Below are positions 18,977 through 28,568 of a stretch of 64,000 bases of DNA, one piece after another; position 1 is the first letter of the stretch, and each line of letters starts with the position of its first letter. The stretch is taken from the NCBI GenBank assembly GCA_947501695.1, contig CANMWO010000002.1, positions 573,327 through 637,326 of the forward strand, in the 5' to 3' direction. The position numbers and the translations under genes were made by a program. The notes under the pieces are model-generated. The model was not told the DNA's origin. It was given only the letters and a program-made list of their open reading frames with translations, and searched no databases. Origin of the DNA: an uncultured Sphingomonadaceae bacterium (GTDB lineage Bacteria; Pseudomonadota; Alphaproteobacteria; Sphingomonadales; Sphingomonadaceae).

Positions 18977-19840
18977 ATGGATAACAGGAAACCACAAAAA
19001 CTCAGCCGCCGCCAGATCATGGCCGGCACTGCCGCGCTGGGCCTCTCGGCATCGGTAAGCAGCTATGCCAGTGCGAAAACGCTAGCTGTTATCCAGGCAC
19101 CGGAACAGCGCAAAACTGTGGTTCTGGTGCATGGAGCATGGCATGGCGGCTGGTGCTGGCGAGACGTAAGAGCACAGCTTGAGGCGCAGGGTCACCGAGT
19201 ATTCACGCCGACCTTAACTGGTCTTGCCGACAGAGCTCATTTGCTTTCGAAGGATATCGGCCTCGATACGCATATCAAGGACATCACATCCTTGATCGAT
19301 TATTATGACCTCAGCGACATCATATTGGTCGGCCACAGCTATGGCGGGATGGTGATCACCGGGGTGGCCGACGCCAGAAAGGCCCAGATTGCAGAGATTG
19401 TCTATCTTGATGCTGCCTTGCCGGAAAATGGCCAGACGATGATCACGCAGGGTCCAGAACGGAGCCCGGACATCATCGAACAGAGCCGCAAAGCACTGGC
19501 CGGGCTCGCGCCCGATGGTGTTGCGATGGGCGCATTCCCGCCTGAATTTCTCGGGATTTCGACAGATCATCCTGGCTACAACTGGGTTGCCGAAAAGCTT
19601 ACCCCGCACCCCCTAAAAACCTGGCTAGACCCGATCACATTGGAAAACGGCGGTTCGGCGGGATTGAAGCGCAGCTATATCCACTGCACGGCCCCGGCTT
19701 TGCCCAATAGCAGCTTTCCCTTTCATGCCGAGCAGGTGCAAGCCGATGATAGCTGGGTCTATCATGATCTCGCTACCGGCCATGACGCGATGGTGACGGC
19801 GGCCGATGACATTGTCAGGATACTAACCGCCGCAACATAA
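18977..19840 (+). CDS. Tat-exported alpha/beta hydrolase (SABP2/methylesterase-like)
   Basis: SRRQIMAG signal; VLVHGAWHGGWCW, LVGHSYGG (canonical Ser), LATGHDAMV; start may be 18950. Confidence 0.87.
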   Translation: MDNRKPQKLSRRQIMAGTAALGLSASVSSYASAKTLAVIQAPEQRKTVVLVHGAWHGGWCWRDVRAQLEAQGHRVFTPTLTGLADRAHLLSKDIGLDTHIKDITSLIDYYDLSDIILVGHSYGGMVITGVADARKAQIAEIVYLDAALPENGQTMITQGPERSPDIIEQSRKALAGLAPDGVAMGAFPPEFLGISTDHPGYNWVAEKLTPHPLKTWLDPITLENGGSAGLKRSYIHCTAPALPNSSFPFHAEQVQADDSWVYHDLATGHDAMVTAADDIVRILTAAT

Positions 19841-19842
19841 AA

Positions 19843-19868
19843 ACCCGCCGCCCTTTCAGGCAGCGGGT
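19843..19868. terminator. intrinsic terminator between convergent hydrolase and TonB receptor
   Basis: acccgccgcc-ctttca-ggcagcgggt hairpin with a preceding A-tract (U-tract on minus strand). Confidence 0.6.
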
Positions 19869-19889
19869 CTATACCAGTTTTTCGCTGCG

Positions 19890-22340
19890 TCAGTAGCGAG
19901 CTGTCAAAACAACTCCAAATCTCCGTCCAGGCCGAAGACCAGCGATAAAGTTACGCTTGAAGGTGTCATCGCCATCAGCATAACGAATAATCTGCGCGAC
20001 GGAATCCTCGTCAAACAGGTTTTTAACATAGCCCTGTATCTTGAAATTCTCGTTCTGGAAGCCGAGTCGGATGTCCGAAACGACCGATCCGCCAGTTTCC
20101 GCGAGATTGTGAACCTGCGCAAAGCTGGTCGAAACCACGCTGACATTGGCACCGGCAAATACTTCCCAATCACTTGACCCGACGGGCATACGCCAATCTG
20201 CATCGGCAAATATCTGATGGACTGGCGCACGCGGTATGCTTTTGCCTTTGATAGAGCCAAAGATCGATTGGCAGCCCGCGGTGTCGGGGAATTCATCTCC
20301 GGTTGAGCAGTTCACGAGATTATCGTCAGCGACATCATCCAGCACACCCTGGTTTTGATCAAAACCCGAAGTAAATTTGCTGTCAGCAAGGGCATAGTTA
20401 ACTGTAAAGGTAAGATTATCGCTTGGTTTCAAAATCGTTTCCAATTCGAGACCAAATACCCGTGCATCTCCCGCATTGACCACCGCCGATACCACACTGG
20501 TCGGCGATTGGACATTCTGGGTTAGCTGATAGCCTTCTATCTCGTTGTAGAAGGCTGCCAAATTGACCGTCAGCGCGCGATCAAGAAATACGTTCTTCGA
20601 ACCAATTTCATAGGCGGTTGCTTCTTCTTCCTCATAGGAAGGCACACCGGCGTTAATTGCTGTCACACCATTGAAACCGCCGGGCTTCTGGCCTTGGGCA
20701 AAAGTGGCATAAAGCAAGTTATCCGGCGTTACTTGCCAATCTAGCAAGACACGAGGAGAGAATTTGGTGAATGTCGCCGATGACAATACCGGTGCCACTG
20801 CTGGATCACCCAAATCACGGTCAATCACCGATTGCTCGATTTTCTCTTCCGCATAACGGGCTTCTACACTTAGCGTTACCGTGTCGGTAATATCGAAACC
20901 CACTGCGCCAAAAATGGCCCAATTCCGCAGGTCCTGATTATTGACATTGCGCGGGACAATAACATTACCGGCTCCCGCAGGGTTGGTCAGAAAGTTAAAG
21001 AAACATCCGTTGGCAGGGGAACATAATGCGGCGCGGCGAGCTTCCGAATTGGCCAGAGCGCGTATATTGGCATCTGCTGGTAGCGTGCGGATATCGCGGC
21101 TATCATCGCTTTGGTCGAAATAAAAGCCACCTACCATCACATCAAAGCGATCACCATCATAGGCCAAGCGGAGTTCTTGCGACCAGTCTTCGGTCTCACC
21201 AGCATTAGCGAATGAAAAGTCGGTTGGGCCTCCATTGACGATGCCGATACCGACAGGTCCTGCAGGGAAAGTAGCAAATGTGGAAGGCTGAAAACTATTC
21301 GGACCATAGTCGCCGTCCGTAACGAGACTGTTCCGCACGCGATTGTAACCCGTCAATGATGTCAGCGTCAGTTGATCGCTTATGTCATAATCCATCCGCA
21401 AGCTGGCGTTAAATGTTTTCACATTCAAACCCACATCGTCCGGATCAGCAAACTGCCGAGTATAATCAGTATTAATCTGCCCCGGCTGAATCACGCCACA
21501 GAAATAACGGCCTGCCCCTCCATAAAATCCGCCATTATCAAAGAAGCAGTTATTGTCGCTCGCGCTGGTCGCAAAAATCGCCGGTTGGCCATCATCTGTA
21601 CGGTTATAATAGGTCCGTACCTGTGCAGTGAAAGGTCCGCCATCATCGAAGGCAAAACCACCGGCGAAGGAATAGGATTTCTGCTTACCCACCTTATTAC
21701 CATCGAACAGGTTGGTATATTCACCGCCAAATTCAAAATAACGGCCAGAAGCAAAGGCTGTTATAGAATCGGTCACAGGACCACGAATATTGGCATTAAT
21801 ATCAAAGCGGCTATTCTCAGAGATGTCGGCAGAAATGCTGCCGGTCAAACTGTCAGCGCCAGTCTTTGAAATAATATTGATCGCGCCAGAATAGGTATTG
21901 CGACCATAAAGTGCGCTTTGCGGACCTTTTACGACTTCGATCCGCTCGATATTATCGACATTATAATCACCGATTGAGCCGCTAAAATAAATCCCGTCGA
22001 TAAAAATCGCGACACCCGAAGTACCCAAGACATTGGCTTGACCACGAATGACAGGGCGGTTCGCATCCCGGCCCAGACTTGCGTCAAATGTCAGACCGGC
22101 AGTGACTTTCGAAATATCAGCGACGCTATCCAGCGCCAGATCATCTATCGCTTCGGATGACACAACGGCGACCGATGTCGGAATTTCTTGCAGGTTTTCA
22201 GAAAATTTCCGCGCAGTGACTATAATAACGTCAGAATCATCTTCGACGGCGGTATCAGTGGCACTTGTATTTTGTGCCAAGACCGAGGCTGGCATGGCCG
22301 CCGTTGCTGCCAACAGCGCGGCTTTGAATATCGTTTTCAT
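19890..22340 (-). CDS. TonB-dependent receptor
   Basis: Signal peptide MKTIFKAALLAATAA..., VIIVTARK..ENLQEIP, IEVVKGPQSALYGRNT..GAIN, C-terminal GRRFGVVLTARY; GGGAG RBS. Confidence 0.95.
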   Translation of the reverse strand: MKTIFKAALLAATAAMPASVLAQNTSATDTAVEDDSDVIIVTARKFSENLQEIPTSVAVVSSEAIDDLALDSVADISKVTAGLTFDASLGRDANRPVIRGQANVLGTSGVAIFIDGIYFSGSIGDYNVDNIERIEVVKGPQSALYGRNTYSGAINIISKTGADSLTGSISADISENSRFDINANIRGPVTDSITAFASGRYFEFGGEYTNLFDGNKVGKQKSYSFAGGFAFDDGGPFTAQVRTYYNRTDDGQPAIFATSASDNNCFFDNGGFYGGAGRYFCGVIQPGQINTDYTRQFADPDDVGLNVKTFNASLRMDYDISDQLTLTSLTGYNRVRNSLVTDGDYGPNSFQPSTFATFPAGPVGIGIVNGGPTDFSFANAGETEDWSQELRLAYDGDRFDVMVGGFYFDQSDDSRDIRTLPADANIRALANSEARRAALCSPANGCFFNFLTNPAGAGNVIVPRNVNNQDLRNWAIFGAVGFDITDTVTLSVEARYAEEKIEQSVIDRDLGDPAVAPVLSSATFTKFSPRVLLDWQVTPDNLLYATFAQGQKPGGFNGVTAINAGVPSYEEEEATAYEIGSKNVFLDRALTVNLAAFYNEIEGYQLTQNVQSPTSVVSAVVNAGDARVFGLELETILKPSDNLTFTVNYALADSKFTSGFDQNQGVLDDVADDNLVNCSTGDEFPDTAGCQSIFGSIKGKSIPRAPVHQIFADADWRMPVGSSDWEVFAGANVSVVSTSFAQVHNLAETGGSVVSDIRLGFQNENFKIQGYVKNLFDEDSVAQIIRYADGDDTFKRNFIAGLRPGRRFGVVLTARY

Positions 22341-22363
22341 ATCGCTTTCTCCCTGATGTCCAG

Positions 22364-22375
22364 TTGTCCAGACAA
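22364..22375. promoter_or_regulatory. operator site 3 (TTGTCCAGACAA)
   Basis: One central mismatch; 23 bp upstream of the TonB receptor ATG. Confidence 0.8.
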
Positions 22376-22411
22376 ATTTCTCCAAGCCCTGATTTCCACC
22401 GCTTATCTAAT

Positions 22412-22423
22412 TTGTCCAGACAA
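22412..22423. promoter_or_regulatory. operator site 4 (TTGTCCAGACAA)
   Basis: Second copy 48 bp from site 3; context aatTTGTCCAGACAAattt. Confidence 0.8.
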
Positions 22424-22604
22424 ATTTATGTCTAAGTGGCTTTGGAGGCACTCACTGTTACATTATTACAACTATGCAATAGTGCGATATTGGCCGTGCC
22501 TGTAGATTGCGATATTTCGATATTTCCTTCTTCATCGGCTCGAATAATATGGCCTCGGAAATTAGGTGCAAATAGCGGTTGCAATCATTCTCCCTTCGCG
22601 TAAT

Positions 22605-22616
22605 TTGTCCGGACAA
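22605..22616. promoter_or_regulatory. operator site 5 (TTGTCCGGACAA)
   Basis: Exact palindrome 20 bp upstream of ATG 22637, at the head of a 9-gene + strand run. Confidence 0.85.
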
Positions 22617-22636
22617 CTTCTAGAAAGGACTCATCT

Positions 22637-22939
22637 ATGCCAGCCTATATGATTGTGACCGCTGCTATATCGGATCGCGATAAATTCATCGCAGGCTATG
22701 GCGCAGCTGCCGGCGCACTCGTCGAGAAATTTGGTGGGCGCTATGTGCTCCGTGGTCCCGGGGCGGAATTGCTGGAAGGTAGCTTTGGCGATGGCGCGTC
22801 AATGGTCATATCCGAATGGCCAGACAAAGCGGCCGTTTATAAATTCTGGAATAGCCCGGAATATCAGGAAGCAAAAAAGTTACGTGCCGATATCGCCGAA
22901 TGTCAGGTGCTAGTTATCGAAAGCCCGAAAATCGCATGA
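22637..22939 (+). CDS. DUF1330 family protein (dimeric alpha+beta barrel)
   Basis: MPAYMIV...YG...VEKFGGRYVLRG...EW...FWNSPEYQEAKKLR. Confidence 0.88.
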   Translation: MPAYMIVTAAISDRDKFIAGYGAAAGALVEKFGGRYVLRGPGAELLEGSFGDGASMVISEWPDKAAVYKFWNSPEYQEAKKLRADIAECQVLVIESPKIA

Positions 22940-23409
22940 CCGATATTATAAAACGAACGACCCTCATGGTCCGCGATGGCGACACCGCCTCGCATTGGTA
23001 TGAAACAGTATTGGGCATGACCAAATGGATGGATACGCCGTTCACGCTTTCCGGAACGCAATTGGCAGCCGGGAAGAAAGGTGATCAGACGCGCTTGATC
23101 ATATTGAAATGCGAACATGATATGATTGGCATGATCGGCCTGCTCGAATGGCTTGATCCCAAACAGGATGCACCCAAAGAGCTACCCACCGAGATTAAAT
23201 TTGGCGCCCCGGTATTCGTTGTCGCTTCCGAAGATGCCAAGGGCGCTGTCGAGCGCGCTCGCGCACTCGGGTCCGCAATCCACAGTGAACCGCGCGAATG
23301 GACCGTTACTGGCGCTGATGGCAAACAAAAGGACATGATCGGCTGCTCTTTCTGGGATCTGGACGGCTATTTCTTTGAGGTGAATCAAGTGGTTAAGGTT
23401 CATGACTGA
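22936..23409 (+). CDS. VOC family protein
   Basis: IKRTTLMVRD...WYETVLG, IGLLEW, FWDLDGYFFEVNQ; start set at ATG 22936 (ATGA overlap). Confidence 0.8.
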   Translation: MTDIIKRTTLMVRDGDTASHWYETVLGMTKWMDTPFTLSGTQLAAGKKGDQTRLIILKCEHDMIGMIGLLEWLDPKQDAPKELPTEIKFGAPVFVVASEDAKGAVERARALGSAIHSEPREWTVTGADGKQKDMIGCSFWDLDGYFFEVNQVVKVHD

Positions 23410-24504
23410 GTGACCGCCGCTGGTTCCTCTCTTGCCGATTTTAACAGGCTTGCCGCCGACAAGCAGATTGACGATGATGCAAATTATCAGTGGCGGGTTG
23501 CTGCACGGCCCGTTGGTAACGTCGTGCCATCGGACTTTGAGTGGGCAGTGACAGACATTCCCGAACCAGGCGATGGCGAAGTGCTGTTGAAAACCCATTA
23601 TCTCGGCCTTGCGCCCGTCATGCGTTTCTACATGCAGGGTACCGGTGCTGCTGGCGAGCGCGTGCTGGAACCCGGTGATGTAATCCATGGCCGCGGCGTC
23701 GCACAGGTCGTCAAATCCCGTCATCCTGACTGGCGCGAAGGCGAGATGGTGCAAGGGCAGATGGGTTGGCAAATCTACAAAGTCTCTCGCATGACACCGC
23801 AGGAGAAGTTTTTCCGGATGCCGCCCAATGGTCTGCCAGCAGCGCTCGGCTCAGGTGTGCTTGGCATGACCGGCCTGTCTGCTCATGCCGGATTATTCGC
23901 GTGCGGTGATCCCCGAAAGGGCGATCGGATGGTCTTGTCAGGGGCCGCAGGCGGTGTTGGATCCATGGTCAGTCAGCTGGCGGCCAATGTCGCAGACTGT
24001 GAGGTTATTGGCATGGCGGGAGGGCCCGAAAAATGCGCGTTCATTCTCGACCACGGCTGCTCGCAGGCGATTGATTATAAAGTGGAAGATATCGACGAAC
24101 GATTAGACATATTATGCCCCGACGGTATTGATTTATATTTCGACAATGTCGGCGGGGAAACGCTGGAATCCTGTCTCGAACGGCTGCGGCTCCATAGCCG
24201 GGTCGTGCTGTGTGGATCGATCAGCGAATATACCAGAGAAAAGCCGTTCAAACTTTCCAACTATACCCGGCTGCGCGCCACCGAAACGCGGATGCAGGGC
24301 TTTTTTGTTTATAATCATCTGGACCGCTGGGATGCGGTTATGGATGATCTGGCGGGATGGATTCACGACGGCAAGCTAAAACCGGTACAAGATGTCGAAC
24401 AGGGCTTTGAAAATATGCCACGCGCGCTCGCCAACCTTTACTATGGTCAGAATGTTGGCGTGCAATGTTGTTCGGTCCGGGGTGAGCCAGATAATTGGAT
24501 TTGA
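23410..24504 (+). CDS. NADP-dependent oxidoreductase (alkenal/ene reductase-like MDR)
   Basis: GVLGMTGLSAHAGL, LSGAAGGVGSMVSQLA, YFDNVGG, RVVLCGSISEY; paralogue of 1644..2645. Confidence 0.9.
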   Translation: MTAAGSSLADFNRLAADKQIDDDANYQWRVAARPVGNVVPSDFEWAVTDIPEPGDGEVLLKTHYLGLAPVMRFYMQGTGAAGERVLEPGDVIHGRGVAQVVKSRHPDWREGEMVQGQMGWQIYKVSRMTPQEKFFRMPPNGLPAALGSGVLGMTGLSAHAGLFACGDPRKGDRMVLSGAAGGVGSMVSQLAANVADCEVIGMAGGPEKCAFILDHGCSQAIDYKVEDIDERLDILCPDGIDLYFDNVGGETLESCLERLRLHSRVVLCGSISEYTREKPFKLSNYTRLRATETRMQGFFVYNHLDRWDAVMDDLAGWIHDGKLKPVQDVEQGFENMPRALANLYYGQNVGVQCCSVRGEPDNWI

Positions 24505-24516
24505 GGGAGATTAGCT

Positions 24517-24969
24517 ATGGGTGAGAAACAACAGACGCGGTTTCAGCGCGGCAATTTTGTGGTTGCAGATATCGACCGGGCGCTGACATTTTATCGCGAT
24601 GTGCTGGGTTTTGAGGAGACGTTTCGCAAAGGCCATAATCCCGACAGCTATTCGTTTCCGGTATTCGAAATTCCCGAAGAGGCGGAGATTGGGTTTTCGA
24701 TCCTTTCGCTTCCTGGTCAGCCCCGTGTCATGGCTCTTTCAGAGGTTAAAAATGTTCCGTTAGAACCTGTGCCCCATCCAAGACGCGGCGCCATTGTGCT
24801 CGACGTTGCCGATCCCGACGCGGTTATGGAGGGGGCACGAAAATTGGGCTTGCAAGTTTATGAAGAAGGGCGGCTCGAAACGCATGATGGGCGGATCGGG
24901 CGCGAGATTGGCATTGTCGATTTTGACGATAATCTGGTGGTTATCTATCTGATTCCGGACGCGCAATAA
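24517..24969 (+). CDS. VOC family protein
   Basis: FQRGNFVVADIDRALTFYRDVLG, DFDDNLVVIY. Confidence 0.8.
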   Translation: MGEKQQTRFQRGNFVVADIDRALTFYRDVLGFEETFRKGHNPDSYSFPVFEIPEEAEIGFSILSLPGQPRVMALSEVKNVPLEPVPHPRRGAIVLDVADPDAVMEGARKLGLQVYEEGRLETHDGRIGREIGIVDFDDNLVVIYLIPDAQ

Positions 24970-26321
24970 TGGCCAGTCAAGCAGACACGGATGCTGCGCC
25001 CAGCGCACCTGCAAAGCCGTATCCCAGTGCTACAGCAGGGTGGTTTCTGGTGGTCATGCTAACCATCGCCTATATTTTTAGTTTCGTGGACCGCTATATC
25101 CTCGGACTGTTGATAGAACCCATTAAAGCCGAATTTGATCTGTCTGACCGTTCCATCGGTTGGCTGCTCAGTGCATTCACTTTGGTCTATGGCTTTGTCG
25201 GCATATTCATGGGCTGGCTGATTGACCGGGGCAAACGGATGTGGATCGTATCCATTGGCGTCGCTCTGTGGTCGGCCGCGACGGTCGCCACCGGGACGGC
25301 AAAAAATTTCTTCCAGCTGTTCGCGGCGCGGATGGGCGTCGGTGTTGGCGAGGCGACCCTCAGCCCTGCAACATTCTCGATGATCGGGGATAGTTTTCCG
25401 ACCGAGAAACGCGGCAAGCCCATAGCTTTCTACTCTTCTGCATTGCCAATTGGTGCCGGGCTGGCATCCTTGCTGAGCGGCGCGATAATTGCTTGGACGG
25501 CATCCAGTGGAACGCAATCCTTACCCTTTTTCGGCGAGCTTTCACCCTGGCGCTTCACATTAATCCTCGTCGGTCTGCCAGGCATATTGTTCGCTGCGTT
25601 TTTCCTGTTCATGAAAGAACCTGCGCGACGTCCAGCACCCGTTTCCTCTGACGTTATCGGCGGTAGTGGTTTTCTTGATGCACTTAAATATATCTGGAAA
25701 AACAAGGCGCTTTATATCGGCTTTGTTCTGATAATCGGCACGATGACAACCATCGCCTATAGCCAAGGTTTTCTCGCCCCCACATTTGAACGCACCTGGG
25801 GTTGGTCTGCCCAGAAATACGCGTTCGTCAACGGCGTCGCCTTACTGATTATCGGCCCTGCAAACATGATGATCATGGGTACCATTTCCGATTGGTGGAC
25901 CAAAAAAGGGGTGCAGGATGCATCCTTGCGCATTCTCTATATCGGCTTTTTCATCATGGTCCCGACCGCTGCCATCCCCTTGTTCATGCCCAGCGCAGAA
26001 TTGGCCTTTGCGATATTGTGCATCAATACCATCGGTATCGGCATAGTCTCTGCCATTGGTGTGACATCGCTACTGGTCATTACACCGGCCCAGATTAGGG
26101 GACAGGTTGTCGCGCTCTACTATCTCTCGATTAGCTGGTTCGGATCGCTTGGGCCTATTGCCGTCGGAGAATTGTCGAGCAGCGTTTTTGGCGAGGACAA
26201 CTTGCGCTATGCGGTGGCGGCAGTCCCCCTGATCTTTGGCCTCGTCCCGTTTTTGATGATGCCCATGACACGGCGACTCTACCGGGAGCAGATGGTGCGC
26301 CTGGGAGCGGCCAGCGAATGA
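24969..26321 (+). CDS. MFS transporter (spinster-like)
   Basis: FSFVDRYILGLLIEPIKAEFDLSD, ARMGVGVGEATLSPA...IGDSFP.EKRG; 12 TM pattern. Confidence 0.92.
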   Translation: MASQADTDAAPSAPAKPYPSATAGWFLVVMLTIAYIFSFVDRYILGLLIEPIKAEFDLSDRSIGWLLSAFTLVYGFVGIFMGWLIDRGKRMWIVSIGVALWSAATVATGTAKNFFQLFAARMGVGVGEATLSPATFSMIGDSFPTEKRGKPIAFYSSALPIGAGLASLLSGAIIAWTASSGTQSLPFFGELSPWRFTLILVGLPGILFAAFFLFMKEPARRPAPVSSDVIGGSGFLDALKYIWKNKALYIGFVLIIGTMTTIAYSQGFLAPTFERTWGWSAQKYAFVNGVALLIIGPANMMIMGTISDWWTKKGVQDASLRILYIGFFIMVPTAAIPLFMPSAELAFAILCINTIGIGIVSAIGVTSLLVITPAQIRGQVVALYYLSISWFGSLGPIAVGELSSSVFGEDNLRYAVAAVPLIFGLVPFLMMPMTRRLYREQMVRLGAASE

Positions 26322-27124
26322 TCCGCAAAGGTTATAGTGACGGCCCCTTTGGCCAGCTCCATTGGCGGATGCTGGAGCCTGCAGGAAAAGTGAGCCAACC
26401 CGACCTTTTTTGCCTTCATCCCGCGCCTTTTAGCGGACTCGCTTTTACCGGCATCATGCCGCATCTGGCCCAAGGGCGCAGGATCATTGCGCCAGACTAT
26501 CCAGGTCATGGTGGCTCGGATGCATTTAAGACCGAACCATCTATTGAACAATATGCAGCAGCCATAGAGGCCGTGATAGCCGACCTTTCGGCCAACGCTG
26601 CGGTTGATCTCATGGGCTTTCATACCGGCAATCTTGTCGCGGTTGAGATAGGCCTGTTCGTTGCGGATCGCGTTCGCCGTCTGGCGCTGGTCGACGTTCC
26701 TGCCTTTGACCCCAAAACCCGTGACAAATATCGCGGCGCGATGTCCAAACCGTTGGAGATCACGCCCGAAATGCAATGTCTTGAGGCAGCATGGGATCGC
26801 GGAATGACCAAAAGATTGGCAAGCCAAGGCCCAGACCGCAGCTTTGACATGTTTGTCGAACAACTACGCCATGGCAAAAACATGAATGCGGCGTTTCATG
26901 CCGGATTTAGCTATGATGTCGACGGCAAGCTTCCTCAAGTCGCGCATCCAACACTGATATTGGCTTCTCAATCTGCGTTGCTCGAAGCTACGCATCGGGC
27001 GTCCAAATTGATACCTACCGCCAAATTGGTCGAAAGGCCCGACATCGCGCGTGCTGTGCTTGATGAGGCCGCTGCGATAACAGCATCAGAAGTCCTGATG
27101 TTTCTAGACAAGGAAAACCCATGA
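26318..27124 (+). CDS. alpha/beta-hydrolase-fold protein with His at the nucleophile elbow
   Basis: GQLHWR, LHPAP.SG, APDYPGHGGSD, elbow LMGFHTGN (GxHxG instead of GxSxG). Confidence 0.82.
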   Translation: MIRKGYSDGPFGQLHWRMLEPAGKVSQPDLFCLHPAPFSGLAFTGIMPHLAQGRRIIAPDYPGHGGSDAFKTEPSIEQYAAAIEAVIADLSANAAVDLMGFHTGNLVAVEIGLFVADRVRRLALVDVPAFDPKTRDKYRGAMSKPLEITPEMQCLEAAWDRGMTKRLASQGPDRSFDMFVEQLRHGKNMNAAFHAGFSYDVDGKLPQVAHPTLILASQSALLEATHRASKLIPTAKLVERPDIARAVLDEAAAITASEVLMFLDKENP

Positions 27125-27423
27125 AATCCTATGCCATCTATTGCACCGACAAACCGGATACCGCTCAAAAACGGCTGGATGCGCGCGACGCGCATTTCGC
27201 GCATATAGAAAAGACGCTGGATAATTTGCTCATTGCCGGTCCGCTGCTAGACGAAGCCGGCGTGACCATCGGATCACTCTTGGTTGTCAAAGCCGACAAT
27301 GCGGAACAGGCTCGGAAACAGTTGGAGGCCGACCCCTATTTCAGCGCTGATATCTGGGTCGATATCCGGATAACGCCGTTCATGCCAGCCGCTGGCGATT
27401 GGATTGGCGGCAAGATATGGTAG
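27121..27423 (+). CDS. YciI family protein (dimeric alpha+beta barrel)
   Basis: RLDARDAHFAHI, AGPLLD...GSLLVVKA...DPYF. Confidence 0.9.
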   Translation: MKSYAIYCTDKPDTAQKRLDARDAHFAHIEKTLDNLLIAGPLLDEAGVTIGSLLVVKADNAEQARKQLEADPYFSADIWVDIRITPFMPAAGDWIGGKIW

Positions 27424-27452
27424 GCTTTCACAATTGCTGAGGAGATCAGAAA

Positions 27453-28055
27453 ATGACCCGCATCACGCCGTTGACCATCGACGAATTGCCCGACGAGACA
27501 CAGGCTGCTCTTAAATTCTCTGAAAATCTGATGGGCTATGTCCCCAATTCAGTGATGACCATGGCGCACTGGCCGGAATTGCTAGGCGCATTTCGCGGGT
27601 TGGTGAGTATAATCTATGGCGAGAGCACGATCGACAATGGCCTGAAGCGTCTGATCGGCGCGGTGGTCAGCGCAGCAGCCGGATGCCAATATTGCAAAGC
27701 GCATACGACATTAGGAGCCCGCGATGTTGGCGTGGATGAGGAAAAGGTCAAAGCCGTCTGGGACTATCAGTCGAGCGATTTATTCAACGCCGCCGAACGG
27801 GCCGCCCTTGATCTTGCCTTTGCCGCCGGACAGGTGCCCAATGCAGCGACTGACTCGCATTTCACCGCGCTCGATGCCTTTTATGACGAACGCCAGAAAA
27901 CTGAGATTATAGCGGTAATCAGCATGTTCGGCTTTCTCAATCGCTGGAATGACAGCCTCGCCACGGAGCTGGAAGACAAACCGTTTAATTCCGCTACCGC
28001 GCTTTATACGCCGGACCAATGGCAAGCAGGTCCCCATCGCCGCCAGGAGGCATGA
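27453..28055 (+). CDS. carboxymuconolactone decarboxylase/AhpD-like protein
   Basis: VSAAAGCQYCKAH (CxxC), ISMFGFLNRWND. Confidence 0.87.
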   Translation: MTRITPLTIDELPDETQAALKFSENLMGYVPNSVMTMAHWPELLGAFRGLVSIIYGESTIDNGLKRLIGAVVSAAAGCQYCKAHTTLGARDVGVDEEKVKAVWDYQSSDLFNAAERAALDLAFAAGQVPNAATDSHFTALDAFYDERQKTEIIAVISMFGFLNRWNDSLATELEDKPFNSATALYTPDQWQAGPHRRQEA

Positions 28056-28064
28056 ATAGTGCAA

Positions 28065-28568
28065 ATGAAATCAACTTTGATAGCCGCCGTACTTGCAATC
28101 ACGCTCCCCATGGCCTCTCCCGCAAATGCGCTTGATGGTCAGGCAGAAATGTCGCCAACAGATGAGCAGATGATCGTCGAGTGGGGTAACAAGTGGCAGC
28201 AGTTGTTCGAGGCTGGTGATATCGAGCAGATGCGCGATATGTATGAACCCGACGCGGTTCTGATGGCCCATGGCGCGTTGCCGCAAACCGGCGTTGATGA
28301 AATCCTGTCATTTCTGGGCCGCAACAAAGCCGCTGGCAACAGAGTCACCATCGATTTTGCCAATGAAGACATCACCATCGACGGCCAGCGCGCTTATCTA
28401 ACCGCCAAATATTGGATGACAATCACCTTAGCCAACAGTCAAGTTCTGGACTTCAAAGGCCGATCCTTTCTGGTTTATAAGAAAAGTGGCGAGGGTCAGT
28501 GGCGGCTGTGGCGCGATATGGATAATCAGGCACCAGACGTGGCGGTGGAAGAACGCCCTACCCGTTAA
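28065..28568 (+). CDS. exported SnoaL/DUF4440 (YybH-like) protein
   Basis: Signal peptide MKSTLIAAVLAITLPMASPANA; YEPDAVLM, GQWRLWRDMDN. Confidence 0.78.
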   Translation: MKSTLIAAVLAITLPMASPANALDGQAEMSPTDEQMIVEWGNKWQQLFEAGDIEQMRDMYEPDAVLMAHGALPQTGVDEILSFLGRNKAAGNRVTIDFANEDITIDGQRAYLTAKYWMTITLANSQVLDFKGRSFLVYKKSGEGQWRLWRDMDNQAPDVAVEERPTR

